Below, piece by piece: positions 9,748 through 13,789 of a DNA stretch of 13,789 bases (position 1 is the stretch's first letter; the number at the start of each line of letters is the position of its first letter). The translations under genes and the position numbers were made by a program. The stretch is from positions 1-13,789 of the forward strand of contig JBLWVX010000049.1 of the NCBI GenBank assembly GCA_048268245.1. Direction: 5' to 3'. The notes under the pieces were generated by a model that made no database searches, had not been told where the DNA came from, and was given only the letters and a program-made list of their open reading frames with translations. This DNA comes from Arcobacteraceae bacterium. Its GTDB lineage: Bacteria > Campylobacterota > Campylobacteria > Campylobacterales > Arcobacteraceae.

Positions 9748-10346
9748 ATATTAGCCTCTTTTAATAGTTTAGGAATTGATTTTTTTATATAAAGAAGTAA
9801 AAATAGTGTAATTAATCCTTCTAAAATTATAGCTGGAATATTTGCTACTACTAAAGAATAAGAGGCTAATAAGTATTCATCTTTTGCAAAATATAAAACT
9901 AAGGCTAATAAAACTACACTAAAAGCTATACCTAAACTTCCATATAAAAAAAATCTTATTTTTTCATCTAAACTTCTGAAAAAATTTAATTTGTTTAAAA
10001 GAAAAACTAAAAAAGCAGGAACTCCCATAATAATTATATTTGCTCCCAATGAAGTTAAACCTCCATACCCTAAAAGTAAAGCTTGCAAAAGTAAAGCAAT
10101 TGCTAAACTTAAAAAAACTGCTTTACCTAGAAATAGTCCTATTACACTTATCAAAAGTAGATGTATTTGTGTAGGACCTAAAGGAATATGAATAAAAGAT
10201 GCAATAAAAAACAGTGCACTCATTGCTGCAACTAAAGATATATTTTCACTTTTAATACTCTTTATTGAATAAGTACATAAAGCTAAACTTACAATGCCTA
10301 AACTACTAGCAACTTCTACACTTAATACTCCATCTGATATATGCAT
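9744..10346 (-). CDS. Ni/Co ECF substrate-binding S component (CbiM/NikM family)
   Basis: N-terminal MHISDG metal-binding motif, HIPLGPTQIHLL (second His ligand), QALLLGYGGLTSLGAN; polytopic membrane protein. Confidence 0.93.
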   Translation of the reverse strand: MHISDGVLSVEVASSLGIVSLALCTYSIKSIKSENISLVAAMSALFFIASFIHIPLGPTQIHLLLISVIGLFLGKAVFLSLAIALLLQALLLGYGGLTSLGANIIIMGVPAFLVFLLNKLNFFRSLDEKIRFFLYGSLGIAFSVVLLALVLYFAKDEYLLASYSLVVANIPAIILEGLITLFLLLYIKKSIPKLLKEANI

Positions 10347-10361
10347 CTTTTATCCTAAATT

Positions 10362-11084
10362 TTAATATGTTTTAACCCACATTAATGCACCATTTTCAAT
10401 AGGATACATTTTACCATTAAACTCTTTTTGATCTTCTTCAATTAGTGCAGCAAATCCCCACCAACCTTTTTGATTCATTACAAAACTAAACTCACCATTT
10501 GAATTTGTTTTAACCACTTGAGTAATATGTGAATCACTAGGGGCTTTTAGTCCTAAAGTATTATAAAATTCCACTTCAACTTCTATATTCGATACAGGTT
10601 TCCCATCAACTAAAACTTTTCCAGTAAAAATATTTCCACGATATAAAGCAAATGGTTTTACCATAGGAATAATTTCATATTTTAATCCAATTGGTTCATC
10701 CCATCCCTTTTCTAATCCATAAGCACTTACAATAACTTTTGGAACATGTGAAATAAATTTTCCTTCTGCTGGTTCAAAATAAGGTTTTGGTACTGTAAAA
10801 AATTTATATACACCAGGTTTTTTTACACTATAGTTTGTGATCCATGCTTTTTCATCAAATAATTTAATCTCTTTTAACTGCAATGAATTACTTTTATTAT
10901 TTACATAAATACCCTCAGGCTTTTCCATATTCATACCTGTTTGCTCAAAAGGATGAATAAACATAGCTTCAATTTCTATATTCGATTCACTTTTACTATT
11001 AACAATATCTGTATTTGGTAACATTGTAAGAAAATGTGCATTTGCTACTATTACAAAACAAAAAAGTAAAATTAGTTTTCTCAT
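10362..11084 (-). CDS. DUF4198 periplasmic protein (NikK-like component of Ni/Co uptake)
   Basis: Signal peptide ANA-H, FIHPFE, PYFEPAE, GWDEPIGLKYEIIP..KPF, VEVEFYN, GWWGFAAL; AGGAG SD; first gene of the K-M-L-Q-O operon. Confidence 0.85.
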   Translation of the reverse strand: MRKLILLFCFVIVANAHFLTMLPNTDIVNSKSESNIEIEAMFIHPFEQTGMNMEKPEGIYVNNKSNSLQLKEIKLFDEKAWITNYSVKKPGVYKFFTVPKPYFEPAEGKFISHVPKVIVSAYGLEKGWDEPIGLKYEIIPMVKPFALYRGNIFTGKVLVDGKPVSNIEVEVEFYNTLGLKAPSDSHITQVVKTNSNGEFSFVMNQKGWWGFAALIEEDQKEFNGKMYPIENGALMWVKTY

Positions 11085-11107
11085 AATAACTCCTATAATT
11101 TATCAGA

Positions 11108-11136
11108 ATTTTATCTTAAGATTTTTACTGTAAAAT
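11108..11136. promoter_or_regulatory. Divergent promoter region with two abutting palindromes
   Basis: Minus-strand GA-TAAAAT (11115-11108) and plus-strand TAAAAT (11131-11136); palindromes ATCTTAAGAT (11113-11122) and TTTTAC-T-GTAAAA (11123-11135). Confidence 0.5.
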
Positions 11137-11173
11137 AAATTTTAGTATTTCTTATATACTTTTGGAACTAAAA

Positions 11174-11794
11174 ATGAAAAAATGTATTTTTTGTAATAAC
11201 AATAAACTCTACTATCTTAAAAATGAACACATAAAATGTGCAAATTGTAAAAAAAAGTTTTCACTTAAAAAATATAATAGAGAATTAAAATTAATCAAAT
11301 CATTTTGCAATAATAAAACAGCACTACAATGTTCTCAAGAGTTAAAACTAAATTATGTAACTGTATCAAAAAAGTTTATGTTCTACAGAAAATTTATAAT
11401 CACATTTTTAGATAATGAATATAAAATAAGAAAGAATAATAAGTATGAATTTGATGAGTATATTTATGCAAAAAGTAATGATTTAAAAAATTCACAAAAC
11501 TTTTTGACCTTTAATTATAATGGATATATTTATAACTTAATGCTTCCTTCATTAAATAAATTTATAAGTTCTAATGAAAAAGATTTATCAAATTTTATAA
11601 AATTCAATAAAATTACTAAACTTAAAAGTTCTAATAGCAAAATAAATGATTTTTGGAGTTTCTTTGAAATTTTTTTAAAAAAATATAAAGGGCTAAAGAA
11701 AGATAATTTTATTTTGTATTTAAAAGAGTGTGAGTTTAAATTTAACTATACAATCAAAACTCAAGAAGAAACTCTTCTTAAGCTTTTGGCATAA
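11174..11794 (+). CDS. IS1595-family transposase-derived protein (Zn-ribbon, HTH, degenerate DDE domain), probably non-mobile
   Basis: CIFC-x14-CANC Zn ribbon; HTH-like LIKSFCNNKTALQCSQELKLNYVTV; EFDEY; C-terminal INDFWSF...LKKYKG...FILYLKECEFKFN matching the IS1595/IS1016 tail. Likely start is ATG 11174 (GGA upstream); the track start is TTG 11162. Confidence 0.75.
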   Translation: MKKCIFCNNNKLYYLKNEHIKCANCKKKFSLKKYNRELKLIKSFCNNKTALQCSQELKLNYVTVSKKFMFYRKFIITFLDNEYKIRKNNKYEFDEYIYAKSNDLKNSQNFLTFNYNGYIYNLMLPSLNKFISSNEKDLSNFIKFNKITKLKSSNSKINDFWSFFEIFLKKYKGLKKDNFILYLKECEFKFNYTIKTQEETLLKLLA

Positions 11795-12065
11795 CCTTAA
11801 TAGGAACAACTTGAATTTCTTCCATATTCCATACACCATTTTTTACATATGGTTCATTTACTAACCACTCATCAAATTCATCTTCATTCTCAAAGTTAGT
11901 AACAACTGATGAACCAACCATTTTATCATCTTCAATCAATGCACAAGCAGAAACTATTTTTCCCTCAGCCATTAACTTTTGAGTTCCCTCAACATGAGCA
12001 GGTCTTGCTTCCATTCTTTTTTCTAAAGCATCTTCATAATCATAAGCGATAATTAAATATTGCAT
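11778..12065 (-). CDS. YciI family protein
   Basis: 95 aa; AYD...LEKRMEARPAH, MVGS, WLVNEPYVKNGVW pattern; AAGGA SD and GT-TAAAAT (12098-12091). Confidence 0.88.
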   Translation of the reverse strand: MQYLIIAYDYEDALEKRMEARPAHVEGTQKLMAEGKIVSACALIEDDKMVGSSVVTNFENEDEFDEWLVNEPYVKNGVWNMEEIQVVPIKVMPKA

Positions 12066-12107
12066 CTTTATCCTTTTTTCTTGATATAAAATTTTAACTA
12101 AATAAAA

Positions 12108-12815
12108 TTAAACAATAGTTACAAGGGTATCAAAATAATAACCTTGAACAAAATCACAATCTAATCCCTTAATAATATCATAATCAGCTCTTGTTTCAAT
12201 ACCTTCTATTACTGAGTATTGACCATTCAGTCTTATTGTTTTTAAAATTCCATTTAAATAGTGTATATAGTTTTCATTTAAATTTATTTGCTTTATAAAA
12301 GATTTATCGATTTTAATATATTTACTATTATTCATCATAAAAAAAGAGAACATTGAACCATCTTGAGCAAAGTCATCTAATGCAGTATCAATATCTTTTT
12401 CTTTTAACCATAATGAGAAGTCTTTCATTATAGTTGCACTTACTTCATCATCACTTCCATTTTCAGTAATCTCTACTACAAGATTAGTTTTATGTTCTAA
12501 TAAAAAATTTTCCCAAAATTTCTGTTGTTCGCAAGTAACAAAAATATCTGCATCAAAATTAAGAAAAAGTTTACTCTTAAAGTTAAACCCCTCAACTTGT
12601 AATTGTTTATTTCTTTTCTCAAGTTCGAAAAAAAGTTTATTATTATGGTGAAGTTTTTTAAAAATATCTTCTGTGCTAATCACATCATTGTTTATGTCAA
12701 ATTTTGACAAAGCCTCATAACCATATATATCTAAACTATCTTTATACAAAATTGGTTCATATTTTGTGTAATAGTTCGCATTTAATATTAATTGTTTAAA
12801 TTCTATACTATTCAT
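12108..12815 (-). CDS. Stand-alone EAL domain protein (putative c-di-GMP phosphodiesterase)
   Basis: YEPI, GYEALS, LFLNF, VVEITE, ALDDF, IKIDKSF, IEGIET and VQGYYF motifs; no sensor or GGDEF domain. Confidence 0.92.
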   Translation of the reverse strand: MNSIEFKQLILNANYYTKYEPILYKDSLDIYGYEALSKFDINNDVISTEDIFKKLHHNNKLFFELEKRNKQLQVEGFNFKSKLFLNFDADIFVTCEQQKFWENFLLEHKTNLVVEITENGSDDEVSATIMKDFSLWLKEKDIDTALDDFAQDGSMFSFFMMNNSKYIKIDKSFIKQINLNENYIHYLNGILKTIRLNGQYSVIEGIETRADYDIIKGLDCDFVQGYYFDTLVTIV

Positions 12816-12821
12816 GAATGA

Positions 12822-12843
12822 ATAATAACTAATTTATACTTAT
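12822..12843 (-). promoter_or_regulatory. Putative sigma70 promoter giving a leaderless EAL mRNA
   Basis: Minus strand ATAAGT-N10-TATTAT-N6-ATG; same TAAGT-N10-(-10) spacing as the rpsL promoter; no SD. Confidence 0.6.
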
Positions 12844-12850
12844 ATTAAAT

Positions 12851-12865
12851 TGATAACTACTATCA
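12851..12865. promoter_or_regulatory. Fur-family (Fur/PerR) box
   Basis: TGATAAC-T-ACTATCA matches the 7-1-7 consensus TGATAAT-N-ATTATCA at 12 of 14 positions, 36-50 nt upstream of the EAL ATG. Confidence 0.65.
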
Positions 12866-12872
12866 GTATTAA

Positions 12873-13259
12873 TTAAATAATATTAAGTGCAAAAACGAAA
12901 CTTATAGGGTATATGATTACATTCATATATCTAAAAACATTTGACATTTGTATATTCATAGGCATTACTTCTTCAAGAGTAGCGCCATTTAATAATTTTT
13001 TCATCATTGATAATTTAAAAGTTATATCTAAAAACTTAATTATCAAAATTGAACTCATCCAAAATCCAAAATTGTTTAAATAAAAACATAAAAATATCGT
13101 ATAAAAAAAAGTAACATGCATAGAAAAGTACATAAAGATATTTTTCTTAAATACATAAAAATTGTTTAAAATTAAACCATGAAGAGTATCTGCTTTTTGC
13201 CATCTTGATTCAAAAAGTTCTAGAAATATAAATATTATAAGTAGTAGTAAGTATTCCAT
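12873..13259 (-). CDS. Hypothetical integral membrane protein (128 aa, about 4 TM)
   Basis: Hydrophobic ORF filling the gap after rpoC; polar motif ELFESRWQKADT; no clear SD. Confidence 0.75.
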   Translation of the reverse strand: MEYLLLLIIFIFLELFESRWQKADTLHGLILNNFYVFKKNIFMYFSMHVTFFYTIFLCFYLNNFGFWMSSILIIKFLDITFKLSMMKKLLNGATLEEVMPMNIQMSNVFRYMNVIIYPISFVFALNII

Positions 13260-13271
13260 ATTTAAGTGTTA

Positions 13272-13789
<518 letters not shown>

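Noticed and set aside
3851..10191. Small plus-strand ORFs 3851-4057, 7186-7386 and 9991-10191
   Set aside because: Antisense to longer, better-supported genes.
11085..11173. Cobalamin or NiCo riboswitch upstream of the ECF operon
   Set aside because: The spacer is too short and AT-rich, has no B12 box, and the putative -10 is close to the start.
11100..11830. Active IS1595 insertion sequence
   Set aside because: No TIRs or target duplication seen, catalytic residues appear degenerate, and the ORF overlaps an intact yciI.

Overview
AT-rich chromosomal window, most likely from an Arcobacteraceae (Campylobacterota) genome, judged from protein sequences, base composition and gnTAnaAT-type promoters. 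Two conserved minus-strand anchors bound it: the 3' end of rpoC on the right and rpsL-rpsG-fusA (fusA partial) on the left. About 10 kb of variable genes lie between them: a YaiI/YqxD, YwbE and hypothetical cluster; a CLC anion transport protein with non-canonical motifs; a PAS-PAS-GGDEF diguanylate cyclase; a DUF2971 protein; a five-gene NikKMLQO-like Ni/Co ECF uptake operon; a divergent IS1595-family transposase derivative; YciI; a stand-alone EAL protein; and a small membrane protein. The best candidate for an undescribed system is the transposase derivative. Its ORF is intact and keeps the Zn-ribbon and HTH, but it appears to have lost the DDE catalytic residues and has no room for an IS end. 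It sits head-to-head with the Ni/Co operon across a short palindrome-containing spacer, so it may be a domesticated transcriptional regulator. Other candidates are a Fur-box-controlled leaderless EAL gene, a multi-hairpin rpsL 5' leader, and a terminator plus promoter separating fusA from rpsL-rpsG. All family assignments come from motif recognition by eye; no searches were run.
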